Below are positions 37,780 to 51,765 of a stretch of DNA of 64,000 nt, one piece after another. How positions within the stretch are numbered: position 1 is the first letter of the stretch; every line of letters starts with the position of its first letter. The DNA comes from Octopus vulgaris. Lineage: Eukaryota. The stretch covers positions 79,174,001 through 79,238,000 of the forward strand of contig OX597830.1 of the NCBI GenBank assembly GCA_951406725.2, written 5' to 3'. Position numbers and translations under genes: made by a program. The notes under the pieces are model-generated. The model was not told the DNA's origin. It saw only the letters and a list, made by a program, of their open reading frames with translations, and searched no databases.

Positions 37780-39592
37780 TGTATGCTGGTTTGTAGCGGT
37801 GGTGGTGGTGGTATTAATGGTGATGGTATTAATGGTGGTGTATTGGTAAAAAATTGGTAGTACTTGTAGTGTTAAAGTGGTAGTGGTGGTGGTGTTGTTG
37901 TAACAATTGCATTTGGTGGTTGTAGTGGTGATAGTGTTCAAGAGGCGGGTGGTTTTGTTATTGTAGTACCGACGATAGTGTTGCAGGAGCGACTACAACA
38001 CCATCAGTGGCAGTGTTGTAGTGGTAGCGGTAGTATGGATGTTGGTATAGATGGTGGTGGTGATTGTATGGATGATTGTAGTGCTGGTGGTATGGGTGGT
38101 GGTGGTATGAATGGCGGGAGTAAGGGTATGGGTAGTGGTAAGGATGGTGGTGGCAGTATTGATGATGGTGGTGGTTGTATGGGTGGTGGTTGTGTGGATG
38201 GTAGTATGGATGTTGGGGGGTATATGGATGGATGGTGGTGGTAGTATGGCTGGTGTTGATGGTGGTGTGAGTCTGTGGTGGTTTGGATGTTGGGGAATGT
38301 ATGGATGGTGGTGGTGGTGATGGTTTGGATGGATGGTGGAGGTTGTAGTTATATGGATGGTGCTGGTGGTAATAGTATTGATGGTAGTGGTGGAGTGGAT
38401 GGCGATGGTAGTAGTGGTATGGACGACTGTGGTGGTATGTATGTATGGTGGTAGCAATGGTGGTGAGATAATATTGTAGTATTTTTGTAGATGGTATAGT
38501 TCAACCCCGATCATTCAAGCCAATGATCAAAAGGTATTCCAGCCATGCCACTCCAACCTTTATATTCAGGACTACATGTTCCCCCCGCCCCAACCATTAA
38601 AAAAAAGCAGTACTGAGGTTTTTGAGGGATCTTTGTCAACCATTTTTAGCAAGTTAAATGATTACATACATCAAAGGTCACTAACACGTCTCTGACCTGG
38701 TCACCCTGACTCCTCGATCCACCCGATACCCGTATTAACATTTGCTTTTTGTTAATTGTTATTTAAATTAAAAAACCTCGAGGCGCCCGTAACTACTGTC
38801 TATAGCACACTCTCCAGGGTGTCACGACACCCCGGTTGGAAACCTCTGATGTAAGGGTTCCTTCGTTGGCTGAAGTCTCCTTAGAAGTAGTTGTGTTGGG
38901 GGTGATGACGATAATGATGATAATGATGGTAGTGGTGGTGGCGGTGGTAGTTATGGTAGTGTTGATGTTGTTGGCGATGGTGATGATAGTATCAGGAGAG
39001 GCGGTGGAGGTGATGGTGGTGGTGACAGTGGTGTTGGTAACGATGGATGAGATGGTATTGTTGTTGTTGGTGGTGGTGGTGGCGATGGTGGTAGCGGTGG
39101 TGGTGTACTTGGTGATGGTAATAATATTGATGACGGTGGCAGAGATGGTGGATATAGTGGTGGCAGTGTCAGTGTTTGTGTTGTTGTTGTTGATGGTGGT
39201 AGGGATAGTAGTGGCGGTGGTGGTAGTAGTGGTAATAGTGGTTAAGAGTGTTCGAAATGAAGAAAAGTGTGCGACAATGGTGAAGGCAGCGGTGTGTGTG
39301 TGTGTGTGCGTGTTCTTTTGGTTACTGATGATGGTGGTGATAATGATGATGATGATGAGGAGGAGGAGGAGGAGGCGGAGAGTGTTGATGTGTAACGTTA
39401 TCTTTATTATCTTGATAATTATCATTATCCTAAATATATCGAAACCACCACCACCACCACCACCACCACCACCACCACCGCCACCACCACCACCACCGAC
39501 ACCACCACCACCACCAACACCACCACCACCACCACCACCAACACCACCACCACCAACAACAACAACAACAACAACGCCATCACCAGCACCAC

Positions 39593-39632
<40 letters not shown>

Positions 39633-39720
39633 GCTGCCGTCTCCCGCTCCACCACCATCTCCTTCCCCGCCGCCACTACCACTACCACTGCCGTTGCCAC
39701 TGCCAACACACCCTCCCAGA
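37780..39720. repeat. GGT/GAT/CCA low-complexity region
   Basis: Direct reading. Confidence 0.85.
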
Positions 39721-41130
39721 CAACATCTGCAGCTTTCCATGGGCGCTTTCCTTAACTCTTCACAGTGGGTGGTGATCTGAAAATGGTGGATGGCCTGTCG
39801 CAGCACTCGGTGAAAGGTGCTGAATGCTGCCGAAAGCTCTTAAATTTAGCTGAGATACAAACGGCGATAAGGGGTTGAGCATCCTGGTTTGGTTGGTCTG
39901 CGCTATGAATATCGCTGATGTCTTGTGGCACACGTCAATACGACCCTGGTGGTAGTGGTATTGAAGGTAGGGGTGGAATGGATGGCGATGGTAGTAGTGG
40001 TATGGACGACTGTGGTGGTATGTATGTATGGTGGTAGTGATGGTGGTGAGATAGTGTTGTTGTAGTATTTTTGTAGCTGGTGTAGTTCAATCCTGATCAT
40101 GCAAGCCAATGATCAAAAGGTATTCCAGCCATGCCACTCCAACCTTTATATTCAGGACTATATGAGCATCCTGGTTTGGTTGGTCTGCACTATGAATATC
40201 GGTGATGTCTTGTGGCACACGTCAATACGACCCTCCAGTTCGAAAGGGATTCCTCCTTTCACTAAACTGTTCCAGCTTTCACAGTTGGAGCTCAAGAACT
40301 AGCATGTACAGAAGAGGCAAAAGGAGAGAAGCCCTATCGGACCGGATGTGCGATGCAAAACTGTTCGAAGTGGTAGCCGTTTACTTTGACCACGAGCAAA
40401 TGCTGCTGTGCATTATGCAGCGACCCGATCTCTGAAAACACGTCTGAACCGGGCCAATTTAAGAACGGCTTCCAAGTATCGATGGTTGACCCTATCAAAA
40501 GCTTTTGATTAATCCAAATTGATCAGAGCGCCACTGAAGCCCATTTTGTTCCCAACCCACCGTATGTTGTGTAGAATACGTTTGCGCTTCACTGACCAGA
40601 CCACCAACGACATTCTGCTAAACTTTTCGCTAATTCATTAGCCCAAATCTTAAAGTCTATGTCTAACAGAGGCATTGCCTGATTGTCTACGATGATCCCT
40701 TTGCCAATCATTTCTTGGCAGCGTTATCACTTCCCAGCTAGCAATACTAGGAATTCTCCCGTTCAACTGTCAGTTGCAGTAGACGGCAGCTTAGGAGTCA
40801 CCAAAGAAGTTTGACATGGAACCTGTAGAATTTGCAAGGCAGACTATTTCTAAACCGTATAATTTATGCCTTGTGCAATTGATCATCTATTTTTGATATT
40901 TCGACAGCTTTTTTGCAGCTTCTCACAGTATTTCGTGTCATTTGCTGAGAAATGTGACAGACCATCGAGGCAAGAACTGACGTCTACTGTCGTCTCTGAT
41001 ACATCGCTCGTTTCAAACAGTCGGGCAAAGTGCTGCTGGAAAGCCGCACACATATATATCTGCTCGGAACTGTGTGACACGCGCCCCCGGCCCAATACAT
41101 TCAAAGACTGCAGCTCAGCCTTCGGTAGAA
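39720..41130 (-). mobile_element. Decayed L1/Tx1-clade LINE ORF2 remnant
   Basis: Minus translation ALINLD*SKAFDRVNHRYLEAVLK..PLLYMLVLE (~40270-40530) and MCAAFQQHFARLF (~41000), with many stops and frameshifts. Confidence 0.7.
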
Positions 41131-41874
41131 ACAACACCAGCGGCGACGACGATTACGACGACGACGGCAATACCTACAACAACAAGACTTGTCAACTGTT
41201 AAAGAGCTAATGAGAATATGATTCTTACGTAAATAAGAATCTCTGGTTACCGAGTACACCCCCCACACACACACTCTCTCAAAGTCTCCTTTTTCTCTCT
41301 TTATCTCTCTCTCTCTTTCTACCATCAATTTTAAAACAGAGAGCCATGCAATATTTGCTCTAAGTCTCTCTTTGTTAATTGTTTTGATGTTAAATATAGT
41401 TCCAGTGGAGAATGTTTCAAGTGCAGTTACGTTCGTTAATTAAGAGTTCCTTCGACCACTTTGGCATCAAATGGCCTCTTCCCGTCTTAAATGTCTCTGA
41501 AAAAAAATATTTTCTGCAATTTTTCCACTAATTTATTCTTCTCATCTATCAACAGACGTCTATGAATGACGCTTTCAACCTACGTCACCGAGAGTGGCCT
41601 CTACGTAGTCATTCGACATGTTAGAAATGATAGTTAAACTCCCTCAAATCTCATAGATGAGATTAAAAAGGAAAAGAGGGACATACTAGATAATGTCTTA
41701 TCTTTTTTTTTAACCTTTTATTTGTTTCAATCATGAGACTGCGGCCATGCTGGGGCACCACCTTGGAGAATTTTTAGTCTAATTAACCCCAGTACTTTTT
41801 ATTCTATCGAACTCTTTGCTGAACCGCTGAGTTACAAGAACATTAAGACACCAACACACAAAGACCCCCATCTT

Positions 41875-42450
41875 TGATGGTAGTGGTGGTGGCGGTGGTA
41901 GTTATGATAGTGTTGATGTTGTTGGCGATGGTGATGATAGTATCAGGAGAGGCGGTGGAGGTGATGGTGGTGGTGACAGTGGTGTTGGTAACGATGGATG
42001 AGATGGTATTGTTGTTGGTGGTGGTGGTGGTGGCGATGGTGGTAGCGGTGGTGGTGTACTTGGTGATGGTAATAATATTGATGACGGTGGCAGAGATGGT
42101 GGATATAGTGGTGGCAGTGTCAGTGTTTGTGTTGTTGTTGATGGTGGTAGGGATAGTAGTGGCGGTGGTGGTAGTAGTGGTAATAGTGGTTAAGAGTGTT
42201 CGAAATGAAGAAAAGTGTGCGATAATGGTGAAGGCAGCGGTGTATGTGTGTGTGTGTTCTTTTGGTTACTGATGATAGTGGTGATAATGATGATGATGAT
42301 GATGAGGAGGAGGAGGCGGAGAGTGTTGATGTGTAACGTTATCTTTATTATCTTGATAATTATCATTATCCTAAATATCATCGAAACCACCACCACCACC
42401 ACCACCACCACCACCGCCACCACCCACCACCACCACCACCACCACCACCC

Positions 42451-42487
<37 letters not shown>

Positions 42488-42510
42488 CAACGCCATCACC
42501 ACCACCATTC
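41875..42510 (+). repeat. Direct duplicate of ~38925-39590
   Basis: Shared unique anchors GGTTAAGAGTGTTCGAAATGAAGAAAAGTGTGCG and GTAACGTTATCTTTATTATCTTG. Confidence 0.85.
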
Positions 42511-43307
42511 AAAAATGAATCTTACCTTCCAACATAAACAGAGTTGGAATTAAGAAAGGGGACAGTTACACAAGGGAATCAACTCTAAGATAAACATTGT
42601 TTTAAAAATTGCAGTTACTTCCCTTGAAAATTTATAACTTGATGTTGAAATATTTAATGTTAATTTCTAATGATGGATATATATGTATGAGAACTTTAAT
42701 ATAAGGTCTATGTACATACAGAAAAAAGAATTGGTTTGTTGCAGAGCAGACGTGTTTGAGGAAAGTATTTTAGCAGAGTAGACGTGGTGGTGTGTGTGCA
42801 AACCAGTTTCATACATACATAACATGTCTGTTATTTATCTAGTGCACATATTAGACAGACTGACAAACAGATAGAAGTATGGATAGATAGATAGATTGAT
42901 AGATTGACAGACGACGGACGGAAGACAGGCAAACAGACAGACAGATAGATAGATAGATAGTAGCTAGGTAAGTAGGTTTAGGTACGTGTAAATGTATGAT
43001 TTCATGTAGGTAGATAAACAGCCCAGAACATTCATTCAGTTTAGTTTTTCTAGTTTAACCTCAATGCTAGGCATACACTACATACGCATTGATATGGTCA
43101 AATCTGCAATAATCAAAACTGAAGTGAGGATCACAGTGGCACCATCCCAGATATGGGATGGTACTACTGCTGCTACACATACAGGTATCCAAGACCACAT
43201 ACAGAGAAGGACTATCTGAATGGTTAGCATAACATCACTCACAGACATGCTCCAACTTCAACTCCACTCTCATACCTTATTTTCTACATCTTTTATATTG
43301 TTATTGC

Positions 43308-43687
43308 TATATATATAAAGTTGAAGTTGTCTGTGTATGGCAGGTTTGGTAGCCTTCAACTAACACTATCCCCTCTGAGACCCTATGGCACAAGCAAATT
43401 GACCAAAATTGAGAGTAGGATAGAAGAAGGCTTGCTCTTCGTTCCGTAGAAGAAAAAATTCAAATCGACCATGTAAGCACCAAAAATTATTTACATCAAA
43501 AAGGTGCTTTTTTCCTATGAAAATCCCTATTTTTTACGATTTTTTTATTGCATTTTTCAGTGTATTTCAACCAGAAAACTGTTCACTTAAAGAGAATAAC
43601 AAGCTACATAATGCAAAATTTTTACTTTTCAAAAATTCCAATTCTAAAGGGCCGAAACAAACCCGAGTAACGCCAGGCGATACTGTT
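43308..43687 (+). mobile_element. Helitron family B copy (decayed ends)
   Basis: Collinear with 12515-12901. Confidence 0.8.
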
Positions 43688-43946
43688 ATATCATGTAGAT
43701 TCCAAATATACAAAACTTGGTCTATATAAAGATCTTTTCCCGGGAACAAAAACGATAATAAACCAGCCTGATGGGTGTTAACAAGTATGGAGAAAACGAA
43801 TATGTAAACAATATGTAAAAGTAAACACATATTCAATCTCAGAGCTACAAGATAATGCATGGTTAATTCAAAACCATGCAAATAAATAAGCATATAACAT
43901 TTGAGAGTAAACTGAATGCTAAAATGTTGACCTCTTTCTTTTACAG

Positions 43947-44355
43947 AAAAATCAAGATTTTTGTAGTAGACCTCCCCTATATCTGGCCTGTGAGGTTGTA
44001 TACTGTGACACAGCTGTTACTGCAATCTAATTGTGACGTCAATGCAGTGACCAAGCACGGCAACACATTTTTGCATGTAACATGTTAATGCATTGGCACC
44101 GTGAATATGTCAAAGTTTAAACCTGGTGTGATGAATAACCGGAGAATGACATCTCTGCATTCAGCCTGTCAAGGTGGACACAGCAAGATAGTAGGAGTGT
44201 TACAGCTGTCTAAACCTGACGTCAATGTGATGAATAATCATGAAAATGGATCTCTGCATTTGGTTTGTTGTGGTAGAGATGTTCTTGAAGCCTGGCCTTG
44301 ATACCCATTTTGCAGATTCAAATGGTAACATGCCTCCACATCTTGCTGTTCAATG
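43947..44355 (+). pseudogene. Decayed ankyrin-repeat exon (about 4 repeats)
   Basis: Acceptor CTCTTTCTTTTACAG and donor G|GTAAG. Peptides RPPLYLAC, LLLQSNCDVNAVTKHGNTFLHVTC, TSLHSACQGGHSKIV, DVNVMNNHENGSLHL and DSNGNMPPHLAV, across frameshifts and stops. Confidence 0.75.
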
Positions 44356-44424
44356 GTAAGCTTAAGAATGATCTAGAATTTCTAGATTTACTACTTTTAT
44401 TGTTTTGTTTTCAATAATACATAA

Positions 44425-44800
44425 GCAAAGAATGGCTGTAGTAAGAATATAGCTTCCCAACCACATGGTTCTTAGTTCAATCCCTCTGCATGACATCTTA
44501 GGTGAGTGTCCCCTATTGCCTCAGGCCAACCAAAACTTTGGGAGTTCGTATGGTAGACAGAAACTGAAAAGGTTATGTATTTGTGTGTACATCTTTGTTG
44601 GGGATTGTCCCCAACCACTGCTTGACAATCGATGTTGGTGTGTTTATGTCCCTGTAACTTAGCAGTTCAGCAAAATAAACCAATAGAATAAGTACCAGGC
44701 TTTAAAAAACAAGTATTGGGGTTGATTCAGTTGATTAATCTTTAAGGTGGTGATGCCCCAGCATGGCCACAGTCTAATGACTGAAACAAGTAAAAGAATG
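44425..44800 (+). mobile_element. tRNA-derived SINE (2108-2513 family, old)
   Basis: CCAACCACATGGTTC..GGTAGACAGAAACTGAAA..CCAGCATGGCCACAGTCTAATGACTGAAACAAG. Confidence 0.75.
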
Positions 44801-45045
44801 CTTGATTATATTGAGTCTCTTAATGTCATAATCCTAATATGGATCATTGCTTTGAGTAGTGATGAGCTGGCACATTTGTTAGATTGTCGGTAAAATGCTT
44901 TGCAGTATAATTTCTTCGAGCTGTTTACATTCTGTCTTCAAATCCTACTAAGATTAATTTTGCCTTTCATCACCTCTGTCATTTGATGCCAGGTTTTGCT
45001 TCTACACCTGGAACTAGAGATGATCTCAAAGAAGTTTATATGAAA

Positions 45046-45453
45046 CTAGCAGCTAAGCCCAGTTTCACCCAGTCTGTTTGGATGATGTGGCTATGATCGT
45101 TTTTGGTTAGGCATAATCTATAACAGCGTTTTTCAAGCTTATAGTTTTGGGTCCCCTGTTTCAATTGGAGCCTCCAGCTGTATGAAAATTTCCTGACCCC
45201 ACCCCTTCAGAAAACAGCTTCTAAGCAACTGGTTGTTTTTAATGGCAGAAGAAAGAGGGGAATTCATCAGAAAATTTTTTAATCGATTTTCTCGGTAAGT
45301 ATGGGGGTTAGGAAAAAAATACAAACTGCATTCCAATCTATGCACCCATCTCCACGTGTGCCATTTTTCATGCGAATCCATCCAGCCATTTGGTTGTGAA
45401 CCTCAAGACAAGAAATAACACAACGATTGCCCATGTCCAATTTATATTAGAGA
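45046..45453 (-). mobile_element. Non-autonomous Helitron, family D
   Basis: Minus strand A|TCTCTAATATAAA ... decayed hairpin ... GCTGCTAG|T. Confidence 0.6.
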
Positions 45454-45579
45454 TGATTAAAGTTTTCAGTTTATCTTTCTGAAAAATATTTTTTGGTTGC
45501 AATTTTCTGATAAATTGTCCGACTCATAAATTTCTAACTAAATATAGTGACATATACAAATTATATAATTTGTACAAAC

Positions 45580-46041
45580 CCTACTTGTGAAGACCTGTTG
45601 AGGCAAGTGAAAATCAAAATCGAAATCTTTCAACATCAATGGAAATTGTAGCTGAGATACCAGTGCCGGTGGCACGTAAGAGAACCATCCGAACGTGGCC
45701 GTTGCCAGCGCCGCCCCGACTGGCCTCCGTGCCGGTGGCACATAAAAAGCACCATCCGATTGTGGCCGTTGCCAGCCTCGTCTGGCCCCCGTACCGGTGG
45801 CACGAAAAAGCCACCATCCAATCGTGGCCATTTGCCAGCCTCATCTGGCACCTGTGCAGGTGGCACATAAAAAGCACCCACTACACTCTCGGAGTGGTTG
45901 GCGTTAGGAAGGGCATCCAGCTGTAGAAACACTGCCAGATCAAACTGGGCCTGGCGCAGCCTTCTGGCTTCCCAGACCCCAGTTGAACCGTCCAACCCAT
46001 GCTAGCATGGAAAACGGACGTTAAACGATGATGATCATGAT
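45580..46041 (+). mobile_element. SINE/RTE-related element with internal ~62-68 bp tandem repeats
   Basis: TGGCGTTAGGAAGGGCATCCAGC and tail GGACGTTAAACGATGATGAT. Four GTGCCGGTGGCAC..AAAAAGCACC-type units. Confidence 0.65.
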
Positions 46042-46109
46042 GTATATTTATCATTTCAGATGGTGGCTCCCAAGGTAATTATTTACCCCAGGACTCAATG
46101 TATGTACTC

Positions 46110-46620
46110 TTACAAGAACAGATCACCAACGGGTAGTGTCAGAGCTATGCCGTTGGGAAATTCGGTTCCTGGTAGGGCCACCCAAGGCGGATTGGTCTGA
46201 CACCGAGTAGTATTAGGGCCACAACCCAGCAGACGGGGTGAAAACCCTCGGAGTGTCTGTTTCGACAACCGGCAGCTCCTCGGTCGTTCTGCCCCTGCGT
46301 CTGCGGACAATCTGCGGCAAACAGGATGTCTCTACATGCGGGATTGTTGGGGACCGCTTGTCAAATCCACATATTCCTACAAAACTTCTTACATGAATTC
46401 TCAATGGCGAATACAATGCCTCGAGGGTGGTAGAAGAAGCCGACTCAACCCGCCCAGGGTGAATGTCACCACAAGTACAAGTAAGTACACATACTTAAAG
46501 TACATGCTTTGTGTATTTGCCAGTAGGACTTCACTTGGCCTAGTAGAGATTACTTCCTCAAGGTGTCAACTGTTAAAACACCTGAAAATCACGGGAAGGT
46601 GAGATAACTCACCCCAGATC
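46110..46620 (+). mobile_element. Probable RTE 5'-UTR-derived repeat
   Basis: GAGCTATGCCG..GTAGGGCCACCCAAGGCGGA resembles the RTE/BovB-type 5' UTR motif (from memory). Confidence 0.35.
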
Positions 46621-47984
46621 CCATTCAAGAGTGATAAACATCGATGTTTTGTTATTATTATGACTTATTAACATCATGTACCCAAATCAAATTAAAGGTG
46701 AATAGACCACCAGCCCATGGCTTATATGCATATAATGTGAAAATTATGAGCTAGTATCCACAGTCAATGCATACGTAAGAATAAATTCTATTTCATATTT
46801 CAATCTATATTTTAGAAGATATCAAGTTTATTAATACTGCATTGTGCAAGATACCAGTAAACTAGTCTGGCAGCTGCAGGAATTTGAAGCTCATGTTTGT
46901 AAATTGGTGCAGAATGGTTATAAGACATTCAGGACCAGAAAATCAAAGAGAATATCAAATACTTTAGAATGGAGAATGAATATCATTTCATGTGATAAAA
47001 CAGCAAATATCATAGTTTCGATATCACATTGTATCAAATATTTCTAAATATGCTGCGAAGCATTTTGCCCAGGGTGCTAACAATTCAGCCAGGTCTCTGC
47101 CCTTAATAATAACAACCTTTCTACTATAGGCACAAGGCTTGAAATTTGGAGGGGTTTGTCAATTTAATAACGATAATAATAACAACAACAACAATAATAA
47201 TAATAACAACAACAATAATAATAATAATAATAATAGTAATACCACCACCACCAACAACAGCAACAATTGAAATAAAGACAGTAAATATCATACCTGGAAA
47301 AACTGAGCCAGAAATGAAAATGGATGAAGCAGAAGTAATAATGTGAAACCAACTAATAGTACTGTAACGGATGTAAATGGTACTGTAAATAGAAAGAATA
47401 TATATATCAATGTAGTAATTCTCTTAATTACGATTATACAATCAAACATAGAAGGGACAGCACAGGACACTAAAAACATTTAAAAGGGTTATTTAGCGAG
47501 TTTTTGTTATAAAAATATATCAAAATGACTTATGTAATATTTTTTTTAAATTTTGATATTACTTTAAGTTCCAACAGCTACACCTTTTCTTTTTACCCTG
47601 GATGAGTTAAGTAGGGATATTCGCTCCCAACTTCCTTACTACATCCTTCCATCTTTCCTCATATGCTCTTTCCGATAGGTGCCTTCTCTCCATACACACA
47701 TACATAAACACACACACTCATATAGATGTACATATTCAGACAGACATACAGACACGGATATGTGTGGTACTTGTCTGCCCGTCTATACACACACACGCAC
47801 ACGTACACACACACGCTCACGCACACATGCTTGTGTGTGTGTGTGTGTATGCGTGCGTGCGTGTGTATGTCTATGTACAATATAAGGCGTGTCTAGTTTT
47901 CTTATGTATTTCCACAAAATTTTCTTCCCATCAAATCTGATTTCTAAAACGCCCTCAACCGCCACTTTCTCTCTCTCTCACTTG

Positions 47985-48019
<35 letters not shown>

Positions 48020-48186
48020 CCCTCCACTCTCTCTTTCTCTTATTTCTATTCAGTCTTTGCAATTCTTAACCTCCATTTTAATTAGCTTTCTACTTCACTT
48101 TGCTGAGCTTCAGTATATGTGAGTGCGTGGACTGTGTGTGTGTGTGTATGGGAGTATGTAGTGTGTGTATGTGTGTGTGTGTGTGT

Positions 48187-48239
<53 letters not shown>

Positions 48240-48300
48240 TGTGTATGTCGACGGCAGAAAATTTCGCAAGTGACTCATGTTCAAGGTTTGTGCATGTCAC

Positions 48301-50420
48301 AGATCTCATCCATAATGTGAAAGTGACACCGACACTACTCTCGGATCACAACATGGTAGAGCTGACCATGTACGGGCCAAAGGAAAGCATGGACATGCAG
48401 CCTACAAGAAACTCTCAGAATCTTTCCAGCTTGAACTTCAATAAGGCAAACTGGAAACAAATTGAAGTTTGAAGAGATCCTCAAACAAAACTGGCCTGAA
48501 TGTCTCTCTCTGACACGATGTGAACGAGGACATCGACATGAAACTTCAACAATTCATGTCTGTAATGCAAGCCATATGCTACAAATGTGTCCCAGAGAGA
48601 AAGGCCACTGTACACAAGAACAAAAAACTCCCCAGAGAGAGCCAAAATTACACAAGAACAAATAATGAGTCGGCGTACAAAAATCTCAAATCGCCTAAAC
48701 AAACAAATTGAAAGCAATGAAAAGTCCCGCCTGAAAATGAAACTGTTGGAAATTGAAAAATGTCTGCAACTCTCCCATGAAAAGGAAAGAGCAGACAAAG
48801 AAGCCTGGGCTATAGACAACATAAAATCTAACCCAGGGCTTTCTACAGGTATGCCAAAGAAACAGCTACGGTGCACTGTAGGATAGGGCCACTCCTTGAA
48901 AGGGATGGCACACAGACAGGAAATCCAATGAGGGTAAGTGAAATACTAAATGAGCAATTCAAGAGTGTTTTCACCCCACCCCTTGGGCATTTCTAAATCA
49001 GCAATCCAACTGACTTCTTCACCACTGCAGATATGGTGTCAGAGGCGGCGATGATTGATTACATCAATATAAAGGAAGACGATGTTATAAAGGCTATAGA
49101 TGAGATGAAAACAAACTCAGCTACTGGCCCCGATGGATTCCCGGCAATCCTTCTAAAAGTATGTAAGAGAGTCCTAGCAAGACCACTGCAGTCTCTCTTT
49201 CAGAGCTTCCTTGCAACTGGCAAACTTCCAAGAAAACTGAAGGAAGGTAAAATATGCCCTATTCATAAAGGAGGTAGCAGAGCGGAGGCCAAGAACTACA
49301 GACCTATCTCTCTGACCTCACACATCAGCAAGGTCATGGAACGAATAGTCAGAAGGAAACTAATCACCTTCCTCGAAGAAAATGGCTTGCTGCCTGACAC
49401 CCAACATGGTTTCCGACCAGGAAGAAGCTGCTTAACTCAGCTCCTACAACACTATGACTGGGTGCTGAAACGACTGCTCAACCACTCAAATGTGGAAGTG
49501 ATATATCTCGACTTTGCAAAGGCCTTTGATAAAGTCGATCATGGAATGATATGTCACAAACTGCGTGATCTTGGCATATTTGGAAAATTGGGAGAATGGC
49601 TTCATGACTTTCTGAAGAATAGAAGTCAGGTGGTAGTAGCCAATGGGGCCACTTCCATTAACACGCAAATAGTGAGCGGTGTTCCTCAGGGCACTGTTTT
49701 GGGACCACTACAGTTCATAATGGCCCTCTCAGACATGCCCTCAGCCACGCAGAGAGCCACGACCACAAGTTATACAGATGGTACAAAAATTTCACAGGCA
49801 ATACAGAACCCTGAAGACACTAAGCACCTGCAATGTGAGCTGGACAAAATATACAAGTGGGCTGAAAAGAATAGCATGCAGTTCAATGCTGAAAAGTTTC
49901 GAGCTTTATGCTATCAGCATGCAAAACTGAATGCAATACCCAATGAATACACTGGACCCGGAGGGATTGCAATCCCAGAGGCACAATCAGTGCGTGACCT
50001 GGGTATTCACATGAGTGATGACGCGACCTTTCATGTACATGTTGCTAAACTGCCAATGAAATGTAGACGGCTGGCCGGATGGATTCTTAGAACCTTTAGA
50101 ACAAGAGAACAAGAAACCATGACGGTCCTCTGGAAGACACTTGTCCTAAGCCACTTTGACTATTGCTCTCAGCTATGGTCACCATCCAGTGTCAAGTTGA
50201 TCACAAAACTTGAGGCGATCCAACGAAGCTACACGAAGAAGATAGCCTCTGTACAGCATATAAGCTACTGGGAAAGACTCAAGAGATTAAAGCTCTATTC
50301 CCTGGAGCGTAGGCGAGAAAGATATGCCATAATATATATCTGGAAGATCCTGGAAGGACTTGTCCCAAACTTTGGCATCGAGAGTCACACAAATGCCAGA
50401 ACCGGGCGCCACTGCGTAGT
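48301..50420 (+). mobile_element. CR1-group LINE, truncated at both ends, dead RT
   Basis: EN end SDHN. ORF 49033-50580: [35 protein letters not shown]. Catalytic YADD is mutated to YTDG. Ends in (TA)n. Confidence 0.92.
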
Positions 50421-50426
50421 ATATAT

Positions 50427-51763
<1,337 letters not shown>

Positions 51764-51765
<2 letters not shown>

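Noticed and set aside
38793-39806. Gly/Thr/Val/Pro-rich ORFs
   Set aside because: Trinucleotide low complexity, open on both strands.
46816-47046. Possible death-domain-like exon downstream of the ankyrin exon, and a 15-nt microexon at 46060-46074
   Set aside because: Only scattered residues and short splice motifs, which are not distinguishable from chance without a search.
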